Below, piece by piece: positions 17,329 to 25,815 of a stretch of 26,512 nucleotides of DNA (position 1 is its first letter; each line of letters opens with the position of its first letter). The notes below the pieces were generated by a model, which saw only the letters and a list, made by a program, of their open reading frames with translations, was not told where the DNA came from and did no database searches. Position numbers and translations under genes: made by a program. Source of the DNA: Candidatus Moanibacter sp. (GTDB lineage Bacteria > Verrucomicrobiota > Verrucomicrobiia > Opitutales > UBA2987); NCBI GenBank assembly GCA_965215885.1, contig CBDCEW010000021.1, forward strand, positions 1 to 26,512. The letters run 5' to 3'.

Positions 17329-18948
17329 TCAGTTAGCTTTATAGACGTCCACTTCAACATCACCTGAGGATACTGCCTGGCAGGCCAGAATGACACCTTG
17401 GGATTTTTCTTCACTGGTCAGCGCATCTTCGCAATCCATAGAGACCTTCCCTGACACAAGTTTCACTTTGCAACTGCCGCAGGTTCCCGAACGGCAGGCA
17501 TTGTCGATTTCGATGCCGATTGAATCAGCGACATCAAGGATCGGCTCGTCCGGTGGCAAGGGGACCGATTTATCCGCGAAGGCGAAGGTGACCGTGGCGG
17601 CGCTTACGATCGGCCCAGCACCACTGGTCGTGTCAGTTTTGGGCTTCCGTTTGACGGTGCCGAAGGCTTCGATTTTGACTTGCCCTTTCGGGACTCCAAG
17701 TTCGTCAAGCATGGTTTGGACATCGCGCATCATCGGTTCGGGTCCGCAGATATGAAACAGCCGGGTCGCGGCGTCCGGCACGAAATTGGCGATCAGCTCT
17801 CTTCCAATTCTTCCTTTCTGTCCCGACCAGTCCCCTTCCGGACTGCTCAACGTCACCTCTACATGGAGGTTTCGATGCCGCTCCTTGAGTCCCTCAATTT
17901 CTCTGAAAAAGATGAAATCTTTGAGGTTGCGAAAGGAGAGCAGCAGGAAGATGTCACCCTCCCAATTCCGGTCCGTCAGGTAGCGCACAACACTCATCAT
18001 CGGAGTGATTCCCACCCCCGCGGCGACCAGAACAATGCTGTTGCGTTCCACTCCCGTGAAGGTGAACCTGCCGGCGGGCGCGGAGAGCCGGAGATGAGAG
18101 CCCGGACTAACTTCGTCGTGCAAGTATCTGGATACGAGTCCCATATCCTCACGTTTAACCGTAATCTCGAGGCACTCCGGTCGAGTCGGGGTGGAGGCAA
18201 TTGTGTAAGATCTTCTCGTGCGCTTGCCCCCAGGTTCAATGTCCAAAGTCAGAAACTGCCCAGGCAGATACTCGAAGGGAATATTGCCTCCGCCTGGCTG
18301 CACCAACCGAAACGTCTTTACGTTTTCCGTCTCATCAATGACTTCAGCCACCTCCAGGCTCGCGGAGAAGCGACCCGGATTCGGGTCGCAACAGGGACAT
18401 TCGGGAAGTTCCTGAATCTGCTCCTCGGTATATCGCGGATTGATGTGCTGGGGACAGTTCCCATCCCATAACGAGATTCGAAAGACAAATGCGCGTTCAG
18501 GTTTACCCCGATAGTTTGGATCCGTCAGTTTCTCCATCAGCTCCGGGTCATCTTCCACAACCCTGGCCGTACCCCACACCTTGATTCTCTTCCGATTCGT
18601 ATAATCCATCAGGAAGATGAAGGCTTTGTCGTTATCATCGAGATTGCCGTAAGAGATATACTGGCGGTTGCCTGAGAAATCTGCGAAGGCAAGCGTCCGG
18701 TCATCAATGACTTTCAGGAACCCCTTGGGTCCTCCCCGGTGCTGAATGTAGGGCTGGCCCTCGGCATTTGAAGTTCCGAGGTAGAAAGAATCCCGTTCCG
18801 CCACGAACTCGGCCAGTTCTGGTGTCACCTTATCCAGCCACCAGTCCGATTCCTGTTCCGTCTCCTCGTAATTTTTGCGCGATCCGAGGCGTTCCTGAAT
18901 ACCCTTTACAGTCGGCGTAAAGGCGACATCACTTCGAGGTCCGTTCAT
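17329..18948 (-). CDS. PNPOx-like FMN-binding / FNR-type FAD-NAD(P)H reductase / 2Fe-2S ferredoxin fusion
   Basis: PYIQHRGGPKGF, FADFSGNRQYIS, NCPQHI; then PGQFL, RSYTIAS, AAGVGITP, CGPEPMM, EAF; then CRSGTCGSC...LACQA. Confidence 0.88.
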   Translation of the reverse strand: MNGPRSDVAFTPTVKGIQERLGSRKNYEETEQESDWWLDKVTPELAEFVAERDSFYLGTSNAEGQPYIQHRGGPKGFLKVIDDRTLAFADFSGNRQYISYGNLDDNDKAFIFLMDYTNRKRIKVWGTARVVEDDPELMEKLTDPNYRGKPERAFVFRISLWDGNCPQHINPRYTEEQIQELPECPCCDPNPGRFSASLEVAEVIDETENVKTFRLVQPGGGNIPFEYLPGQFLTLDIEPGGKRTRRSYTIASTPTRPECLEITVKREDMGLVSRYLHDEVSPGSHLRLSAPAGRFTFTGVERNSIVLVAAGVGITPMMSVVRYLTDRNWEGDIFLLLSFRNLKDFIFFREIEGLKERHRNLHVEVTLSSPEGDWSGQKGRIGRELIANFVPDAATRLFHICGPEPMMRDVQTMLDELGVPKGQVKIEAFGTVKRKPKTDTTSGAGPIVSAATVTFAFADKSVPLPPDEPILDVADSIGIEIDNACRSGTCGSCKVKLVSGKVSMDCEDALTSEEKSQGVILACQAVSSGDVEVDVYKAN

Positions 18949-19130
18949 AATCTTTGTTCCCTTTTTCCCATTTTATGATTTCGAAGAAATTGAAATCTTT
19001 GATTACAGACACTATCTCCTGTCGAAGGACACCCGTCAATGAGGACCAGAAGAATTCGTGATCGCGTAAAGAATCCGAAACAGTCCAGTGACGGTGCTGC
19101 ATCGCTACGAACAAAAGATCGAGTAAGGAC

Positions 19131-21024
19131 CACGGTATTTTGATTCTCGGAGCATTAGGTGATGATATTGATGGCCTTATGTAAGTTAAAGACGAAATCA
19201 TCACAGAGTGCGGGAGTGGATTCAGCGCCCATGGAAGACTTGAGGCTGAGAACCAGTTGCCTGCATGCAGCAAGAATTCTGGCTGCGTTATGATTACGGA
19301 TCATACATCGATCTTCATCGAAGAAGCGATCCCTGGGGTAATGATTTTTATTTTCGATCGACCAATGGTTGCGAATTTTCGAGAGGAACTGTTGAGGGCT
19401 CAAATCGGCGGGATCGAGACTGCTTACGTAGTAAGAGCGTTCAGAGGAAGGTTCAGCTTTGTTTGGATAATGGAAGGTGCGTTGCACACAGGCGAACTGG
19501 CGGGCATGGGGCAGGCCGGCAGAGGGAGCGCTTAGAGAATGGGTTGCTATTTGACGTATTTCGAGTCGCCCATGGTCATTGTCCACGGTTTGGTGGAGAA
19601 AAAGGGGGTGGAGCTGAAGAGATTCTGAGCGTATTGATGCATGTTGGGCTGATTGTCTTTAATTTGAATAACATAGTCAGCACTGAGTTCTTCGACGACG
19701 ATGTGGGCAGTTTCTTTTTGATTATGCATGGCGTCGAAGGTGAAGGTGGAGCCGTCCAAAATGGGCATCTTTCGCAAGAGAGTCTGGGCGGCGGTGATCT
19801 CGTTGGATTTATCGGCGGTAGCGACTTGGGCTAAGGTTTGAGCGCTTTGGTGATCGACTGCGGCCACCAGGTGCAGAGCCTTTGATTCTTCGGTGTTTGT
19901 GCCTTTGAGGGTCTTGCCGTCGACGGCAATATCGCGGGGCAAACAGCCGTCTTGTAAGCAGATGAATTCGGTGAGGGTTTTATCGAAGAGCTCGGCCTTT
20001 ACGTTTTGCAAGACCCGATAGAAGACATCATAGCAAGGGGCCTTATAGCGGCCTGTTTTGGGGTTTTTCCAGGAGCGTAAGGCGCGCAATTGGGCTTGAT
20101 TGAGATGATGGGCCAGGCGCACGATGCCCTTGAGGGTCTGTTTGCCGCACATCGTGCCGAGCACAATCATGCTCAGGACCGTGGCGAGCCGATATCTAAG
20201 GCCCGCTTTACGACGGAAGTCTTCTATCTGATTGAAGCGTTCCCACAGGCTGCTCATCTGTTCCACTTTGAGGCAGACCGCATGGGAGTTATCGGTTTCA
20301 TTGAGCGCCTGGCTCTGTGCCGCGGGCAATGGCCCTGAAGCGCGCAAAAGCTCAAGGGCATTAGCCTTGAGGGGTTTGACCCAGATCTGCTTGGGACGCT
20401 CATGGCGTTGATAGAAATCTTCGCGTTGGCGGCCATATCCCGCGCTCAAGCCCAAGGGCGTCCACCCGCTCGCTTCGTAGCAAGTGCCCCGGTGAATCTG
20501 TGGGTCCACGAACGTTTCCGCTACTAAGGGACGATAGCCAAAAGCCTCCTGCCAGTGATCGGCTAAGACTCTCAGGCACATACCCAACGTCTTGGAGGCC
20601 AAATTTGCAAGATCCACCCCGGGCAAAATCAGAAAACGCCGGTTCTGTACTACCAGTTTCAATCGTGCATGCCGTTGCGCCCCGTCCCACCCGATCCATT
20701 CGTCTCGATCCTTCAGCCGGTAGGATGCGGCCCCCCACAAGAGCAGGCCCATCCATTGCCCGTCGATCTGCGCCACATAGCGCAGGGTCTCTCCTGCGCT
20801 GCCCGCACTGTGTAAATAATGATGTTGTTTCAATAGATCATTGAATCGCTCCTGCTCTTCGGGCAGGACCAGACGCAGAGTTAAACGATCTATCGAAGGA
20901 TTCAGTTGGTAAGATTTTTTGTCTTTCATCCCATCTTAACATGACTGATTCCCTCGGGTTTGTTTAGCTCTTTTTTTATCTTCTTGCTTATCAGCTAGTT
21001 GCTTCCTGGAATCCTTTTACCCTG
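19131..21024 (-). mobile_element. ISAs1-family insertion sequence with DUF4338-fused transposase
   Basis: Perfect 10-bp TSD GAGTAAGGAC (19121-19130 and 21025-21034). Imperfect TIRs CACGGTATTTTGATTC and (rc) CAGGGTAAAAGGATTC, 11/16 identical. Confidence 0.9.
19155..20929 (-). CDS. DUF4338 (DruA-like) + ISAs1 DDE transposase in two frames joined at C5T5 (19599-19608)
   Basis: ORF1 has RDEWIGW, NRRFLILP, ETFVDP...GTCYEASGW, DFRRKAGLRY, AVDGKTLKG, KSNEI, FTFDAMHNQ, IKDNQP. ORF2 has HGRLEIR, YYVSSL, IRNHWSIENKNHYPRD, FDEDRC. Confidence 0.88.
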
Positions 21025-21101
21025 GAGTAAGGACTTTGACGATGAAAATCTGTTTGCAAGGACATTCACTGGACAGGACTGTCAGGTCTTCATATTAGCC
21101 A

Positions 21102-22556
21102 ATGCGTATCGCCGTTAAAGAAGTCGATTTTCACATTCTCAATATGCGCACTCGAATGCCGTTCAAGTACGGTATCGCCTCGCTCACGGCCCTTCCCCAT
21201 CTTTTCCTGTCGCTCAAGCTCGAAGTCGATGGCCAGCAGCAGCTGGGAATCTCATCGGAAGGACTTCCGCCAAAATGGTTCACGAAGAATCCGAATACTC
21301 GTTTCGAGGAGGATCTGGTGGAAATGCTTGGCGTGATCCGGTGTGCGGCAGAGTTTGCTCTGGCGCAATCGCCCTCGGCATCTCTGTTCGATTTCTGGAA
21401 GAGACTCTACGACAGGCAGAATCAATGGGGCAGGGAAAAAAATCTCCCTCCGCTCCTCACCGGCCTTGGAACCAGCCTCACAGAACGGGCCATGATTGAT
21501 GCCTTCTGTCGCCTTACGGATACAACCTTTGAGCACGCCCTCCGGCAAAATTCGCTCGGCATCGAGCTCGGCCGGATTCACAAAGAGTTAACGGGATCGG
21601 CGCCTTCAGATCTTCTTGAAATGGTGGCTCCTCGATCCATCGCGATTCGTCACACCGTGGGTTTGGCGGATCCACTAACGGACGATGAAATTTCCGGCGA
21701 AGAGCGCCTCGAAGACGGCTTACCCCAGTCTCTGGAGGAAACCATCCGCGTCTATGGATTGACTCACTTCAAAATCAAGATCTGCGGCAAAGTCGAAGAG
21801 GACCTCGCCCGACTGAAGAAGCTTGCAATCGTCATTGGCGTGAATACTGCCGAAGACTACCTCTTCACCCTCGACGGCAACGAGCAATTCACCGACCTGG
21901 AATCCTTCAAGAGGCTTTGGAATGATATCCGAAACGACTCGGAGTTGAGCCGATTCATGGAGCACCTGATGTTTGTCGAGCAACCGCTCCACCGGGACGT
22001 TTCCATGCTGCCCGAGGTCCAAACCGCGCTGGATCAATGGAGCGATCGGCCTCCCATGATCATTGACGAATCAGACGGCGACCTGAGCAGCGCACGGCAG
22101 GCCCTCGAGATGGGCTACAGCGGCACAAGCCATAAGAATTGCAAGGGAGTTTTCAAGGGAATCGCAAACGCCTGTCTCATCGCCCATCGGGAAAAACAGG
22201 ACTCGGAGCATCAATTCGTACTGAGCAGTGAAGATCTTGCAAACGTCGGTCCAATCGCTCTCCTCCAGGATCTCTGTGTGCTTTCGAGCCTGGGAATCGA
22301 CAACAGCGAACGCAACGGGCATCACTACTTCAAAGGCCTGAGTATGTTCCCGCAAGAGATTCAGAGTTCGGTCCTCAGCGCTCACTCTGACCTCTACCAA
22401 CGTTACGACAAGGATTTCGCCACCCTCGACATTCAGTCGGGAAAGATTCATATCGGGACAGTCATCGATGCTCCCTTCGGGTGCGGATTTGAGTTCGATC
22501 CAAGTCAGTTCACACCCCTCACGGAATGGTCGGCTCAGTCCCTTGCCTCCGAATAA
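21102..22556 (+). CDS. Enolase-superfamily-like protein (putative acid-sugar dehydratase or racemase)
   Basis: FKIK (KxK), LDGNE, VEQP and IIDESD metal-ligand pattern, plus HKNCKG and EDL. Confidence 0.7.
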   Translation: MRIAVKEVDFHILNMRTRMPFKYGIASLTALPHLFLSLKLEVDGQQQLGISSEGLPPKWFTKNPNTRFEEDLVEMLGVIRCAAEFALAQSPSASLFDFWKRLYDRQNQWGREKNLPPLLTGLGTSLTERAMIDAFCRLTDTTFEHALRQNSLGIELGRIHKELTGSAPSDLLEMVAPRSIAIRHTVGLADPLTDDEISGEERLEDGLPQSLEETIRVYGLTHFKIKICGKVEEDLARLKKLAIVIGVNTAEDYLFTLDGNEQFTDLESFKRLWNDIRNDSELSRFMEHLMFVEQPLHRDVSMLPEVQTALDQWSDRPPMIIDESDGDLSSARQALEMGYSGTSHKNCKGVFKGIANACLIAHREKQDSEHQFVLSSEDLANVGPIALLQDLCVLSSLGIDNSERNGHHYFKGLSMFPQEIQSSVLSAHSDLYQRYDKDFATLDIQSGKIHIGTVIDAPFGCGFEFDPSQFTPLTEWSAQSLASE

Positions 22557-22745
22557 AATCTCCTAGTAATGGCACCGCGAAAGAGTATCTGCCATGCCCA
22601 TTCTTAAAAACCAGCCCTGCATCACATAGTGCAGCCAACATCTGGTTCGTCTGACTTGGCTCGAATCCTTTCTCGAGTGTCTCCTTCGACTTCTCTACCA
22701 CTTCCCGGTCCGTAAATTCCAAATCGCAGTTCTCCAAGTACAGGA
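22519..22745 (-). pseudogene. Orphan C-terminal fragment resembling the winged-helix end of an AAA-type ATP-binding protein
   Basis: NQMLAALCDAGLVFKNGHGRYSFAVPLLGDFIRRQ. No ATPase domain upstream, and the nominal ATG falls inside the opposite-strand promoter. Confidence 0.5.
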
Positions 22746-22752
22746 ACCTAAA

Positions 22753-22781
22753 TTGACATACCATTGGTATACCAATTAGGT
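22753..22781 (+). promoter_or_regulatory. Promoter -35 box plus FadR/GntR-type operator upstream of the second PhyH gene
   Basis: Perfect TTGACA (22753-22758) followed by the perfect 14-bp palindrome ATTGGTATACCAAT (22763-22776). The -10 is weak. Confidence 0.7.
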
Positions 22782-22834
22782 CTTCAAGCTGAGGGACGGA
22801 GAATTACCAAGTTCAACCGCAACAGGAAAAAATC

Positions 22835-23647
22835 ATGGCACAATTGACCCCTTCTGAAATCGAAGAGTTTCAAGAGCAAGGCATCGTCGTTCCCGAGTAC
22901 CGTCTCCCCGATTCCAAAGTCGATGAGCTTCGCGAGGCCCTCGATCAACTGATTGCGCAGAATCCCGGCGTTCGCCCGGAGCAACTTGTGAGCGCCCACA
23001 TCGAGAATGGGAAAGAAGGCGTCAAGGGCAGCCGTCGCTTTCTGGATGCGGCCCAGAACCCGGAGTTGCTCGATCTGGTCGAGATTCTCATCGGACCCGA
23101 CATCATCCTCTGGGGCTGTCAGGTGTTCTGCAAGCCGGGAGGCGATGGGATGGAGGTGCCGTGGCATCAGGACGGTCAGTATTGGCCGATCCGGCCGCTC
23201 GCAACCGCGACCGTCTGGATCGCAATCGACACGAGTAAAATCGAAAACGGCTGTCTGCGAGTCATCCCCGGCTCACACAAGGGTAAGAGACTCTACAATC
23301 ACACCCGCAGCGAACGTGACAGCATCGTCCTCGACCAGGAGGTCGAAGCGGGCCAATTCGACCCAGGCAGTGCCCGAGATATCGAGCTTGAGGCAGGACA
23401 GATGTCCCTCCACGACGTCTATCTCATCCACGGCTCGAACGCCAACAATTCCAACAAACGAAGGGCGGGTCTGGCGCTACGTTACATGCCGACGACGTCG
23501 CATTTCGACCGCGAGATTTTCAAACCCGGCGAGAGCAGTACCAAAAGCTATACAACGAGTTTCGCGACCCGCCCAATCTGGCTGGCACGCGGTATCGACC
23601 GCAGCGGATTGAACGATTTCTCCATAGGACATGGCTCGGGGCATTGA
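22835..23647 (+). CDS. PhyH-family Fe(II)/2-oxoglutarate dioxygenase
   Basis: FCKPG, VPWHQDGQYWP, ENGCLRVIPGSH, HGSNANNSNKRRAG. Confidence 0.92.
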   Translation: MAQLTPSEIEEFQEQGIVVPEYRLPDSKVDELREALDQLIAQNPGVRPEQLVSAHIENGKEGVKGSRRFLDAAQNPELLDLVEILIGPDIILWGCQVFCKPGGDGMEVPWHQDGQYWPIRPLATATVWIAIDTSKIENGCLRVIPGSHKGKRLYNHTRSERDSIVLDQEVEAGQFDPGSARDIELEAGQMSLHDVYLIHGSNANNSNKRRAGLALRYMPTTSHFDREIFKPGESSTKSYTTSFATRPIWLARGIDRSGLNDFSIGHGSGH

Positions 23648-23718
23648 AACTTCTCTGCCCTACGGCGGAGTGGGGTTGCGTGTGTTTCCTAACAGATAAT
23701 TTTCGTGGATATTGCTGC

Positions 23719-23794
23719 AGTGGGACAGGCTTCCAGCCTGTGTAGAGTGCGGAATCCTGTCACGATTTCTGACAGGCTGGAAGCCTGTCCCACT
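23719..23794. repeat. REP doublet (REPIN), GTGG type, copy 2
   Basis: 23-bp perfect arms AGTGGGACAGGCTTCCAGCCTGT (23719-23741 and 23772-23794) with a 30-nt spacer. Confidence 0.9.
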
Positions 23795-23891
23795 TTCTTG
23801 TCAAAAGTCTCAACCCCGTTTGGTCCGGCCTGTGGTGAGCTAGTCAAACCCGCAGGCGATCCGCCACCGCCACCTATTTAACCCAGTAGCA

Positions 23892-24635
23892 ATGGGCCAA
23901 CGGAACTACGACGAAGTGGTGCGTCGGGTCAGGGCACAGCAGTCGGCCAATCTCACCTCCAGGGTCCTGGCCGAAGTAGAGGGCTATCCCATTCTGGGCA
24001 TCTCAATCGGGTTCGAGCAAGGCTTGCCGACAGCGCTGGTGATCGGCGGCGTCCACGGTGATGAACCTGCCGGTGTCGAAGCAGTGCTCCGCTTTCTGGA
24101 ACGCGACCCGGGACCGTGGATGGGGCGCCTCGCTTTCGAAGTCCTCCCCTGCCTCAATCCCTACGGATGGGTCCACCACACTCGCCACAATGCCCAGGAC
24201 CTGGATATCAATTGGTCTTACTCCCGCAACGACGTGGTCGAGGTCCAGTTGATCAAGAATCTGGTGCGGAACAGGCGATTCGAATTCGTGCTCGACTGCC
24301 ACGAGGACTGGGAGAGTTCGGGCTTTTACCTCTACGAACTCAGACGCGGCTCCGAACAGATCGGCCCGGAGATCCTGTGGCGGGTATCCGAGATCTGTCC
24401 ATTGAATACAAGCGCTGAAATTGAGGGGCAGCCAGCGAGGGGCGGGCTCGTTTTTCCCGATCCAACGAAAGAGCAGGAGTTGCGCGGCCAAGGCATTCCA
24501 CTGGAGATGTACTACAGACATACGGACCACCTCCTCACCTCGGAAACGCCCACCAGTACGGAATTGGAGACGCGGGTGTCAGCGCATCTGATGACCCTTG
24601 ATGCGGTCATCGAGGACCATTTGCGACAGGTCTGA
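23892..24635 (+). CDS. M14-family zinc carboxypeptidase / deacylase
   Basis: GGVHGDEPAG (HxxE), CLNPYG, TRHNAQDLDINW, LDCHED, TSETP. Confidence 0.85.
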   Translation: MGQRNYDEVVRRVRAQQSANLTSRVLAEVEGYPILGISIGFEQGLPTALVIGGVHGDEPAGVEAVLRFLERDPGPWMGRLAFEVLPCLNPYGWVHHTRHNAQDLDINWSYSRNDVVEVQLIKNLVRNRRFEFVLDCHEDWESSGFYLYELRRGSEQIGPEILWRVSEICPLNTSAEIEGQPARGGLVFPDPTKEQELRGQGIPLEMYYRHTDHLLTSETPTSTELETRVSAHLMTLDAVIEDHLRQV

Positions 24636-24638
24636 CCG

Positions 24639-24777
24639 GAATGGCGCTAAGATAACGGGTCTATCGCTCGCAAGCGAGCTTCCTACGAGTAGCGTAAGCT
24701 GTTGTAGGAAGGCCGCTTGCGGCCGAATTCGCATTTTGCCCGATCTGTCGATTATGCCCGCTATCTTAGCGCCATTC
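24639..24777. mobile_element. MITE-like element containing a GTAG REP pair, copy 2
   Basis: 21-bp TIRs GAATGGCGCTAAGATAACGGG / CCCGCTATCTTAGCGCCATTC (1 mismatch). 11-bp flanking duplication AGGTCTGACCG (24628-24638) / ACGTCTGACCG (24778-24788). Confidence 0.85.
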
Positions 24778-24972
24778 ACGTCTGACCGCGTCGGATCTTC
24801 CCAACTGCATCTCTATTAAGAAGGTTTCGACTAAGCTTGCGACCCGTCTCCGCTACGCTGCGCCGTGGCAGGCGAGGCTTACGACGAAGTTTCCCTTACG
24901 GGGAAAAAGGTCCTTTCCATACTCTGTGGTAAGCTTCGTTGCAAACTTGGTACTCGCCACTGCATGATCATC

Positions 24973-25290
24973 TCAAGGATGTGGGGTGATCGCGACAACA
25001 GTTATAACAGGGGTCCGTTTCCCACTTCTTATTTCATCTGGACCGTAGTGGAAAAAGACACGATATGCGCCCGGGGTACGGTGCTGAACATAGGCCTCGA
25101 ACACTTTCTCGTCCCTCCCTCCTTTCAGAGAAGTAAACTCGTGGGTCTGCAGAGAAGGATGCCGCAGGTTCGTTTCCAGTAGACCCAGGGTCTTGTTAAC
25201 TTGCTTCAGGATGCCCCTTTTGGACGGATCTTTCTCAAGAGTAGAATAGTTCCTCTCGGCTTCGTCAGTGAAGACCAGTTTACGATTCAT
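24973..25290 (-). CDS. Putative RelE/ParE-fold toxin
   Basis: 105 aa, basic: KLVFTDEAERNYSTL...LETNLRHPSLQTHEF...FEAYV...YRVFFHY...VVAITPHP. Overlaps the upstream gene's stop. Confidence 0.65.
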   Translation of the reverse strand: MNRKLVFTDEAERNYSTLEKDPSKRGILKQVNKTLGLLETNLRHPSLQTHEFTSLKGGRDEKVFEAYVQHRTPGAYRVFFHYGPDEIRSGKRTPVITVVAITPHP

Positions 25291-25585
25291 CCTCAAGGAA
25301 TTTCGCAAATGATCCCCTCGATCGAGTCTTGCCCTGCGCTGATTGCTCCAGCCCACGCACGACCGAAGCCAGCGCTTTCTTGTTTCGGTAGAGCCATATC
25401 TCGGACGCAGGGATGTTAATTTCCGGGTCCAATACGATCTGACCCAGAGAATTTCGGAAGACGTGATACGTTACGTCTTCATCAACACCCTTCAAAGCCT
25501 TGCCTAATCCAACCCGCTTCTTCGAATCCGGCTTGATGCCTCTTGCCACCGCTTCAAAGTCTTTTGCTCGTATAAGTTCTGTCAT
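25280..25585 (-). CDS. Putative antitoxin (AbrB/SpoVT-like N-terminus)
   Basis: 101 aa. KPDSKKRVGLG...YHVFRNSLGQIVLDP is a swapped-hairpin-like pattern, and the C-terminal WLYRNKKALASVVRGLEQSAQGK helix resembles RelE-neutralising tails. Confidence 0.65.
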   Translation of the reverse strand: MTELIRAKDFEAVARGIKPDSKKRVGLGKALKGVDEDVTYHVFRNSLGQIVLDPEINIPASEIWLYRNKKALASVVRGLEQSAQGKTRSRGSFAKFLEDES

Positions 25586-25591
25586 AGAATC

Positions 25592-25637
25592 AAGATGCAT
25601 CTGGTGGGAAAAGTTGTCAAGTGGGAAATTCCCACTT
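25592..25637 (-). promoter_or_regulatory. Promoter and three TTCCCAC operator half-sites of the TA operon
   Basis: TTGACA (25620-25615), 17 bp, CATCTT (25597-25592), 6 nt, ATG 25585. Palindrome AAGTGGGAA-A-TTCCCACTT (25619-25637) plus GTGGGAAA (25604-25611). Confidence 0.7.
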
Positions 25638-25815
25638 ATGCAGCAAATTGGGCATAAGCGGTTTCGCTTTCTAACCCGAAGATAGCAAGATGTCGCTACG
25701 CTCGGTAGTGAAAACTTCGGGTTAGGAATCTGTCGGACTTAACATTCCTAATCCCGGCACGCCGGGATTGAAAAGAGTTCGAATAAGTCCCACAGGCTGC
25801 TAGGGACAAAAGGAT

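Noticed and set aside
19547..20929. Druantia defence system
   Set aside because: Only a DruA-like domain inside an IS is present; there is no DruE helicase or other dru gene in the window.
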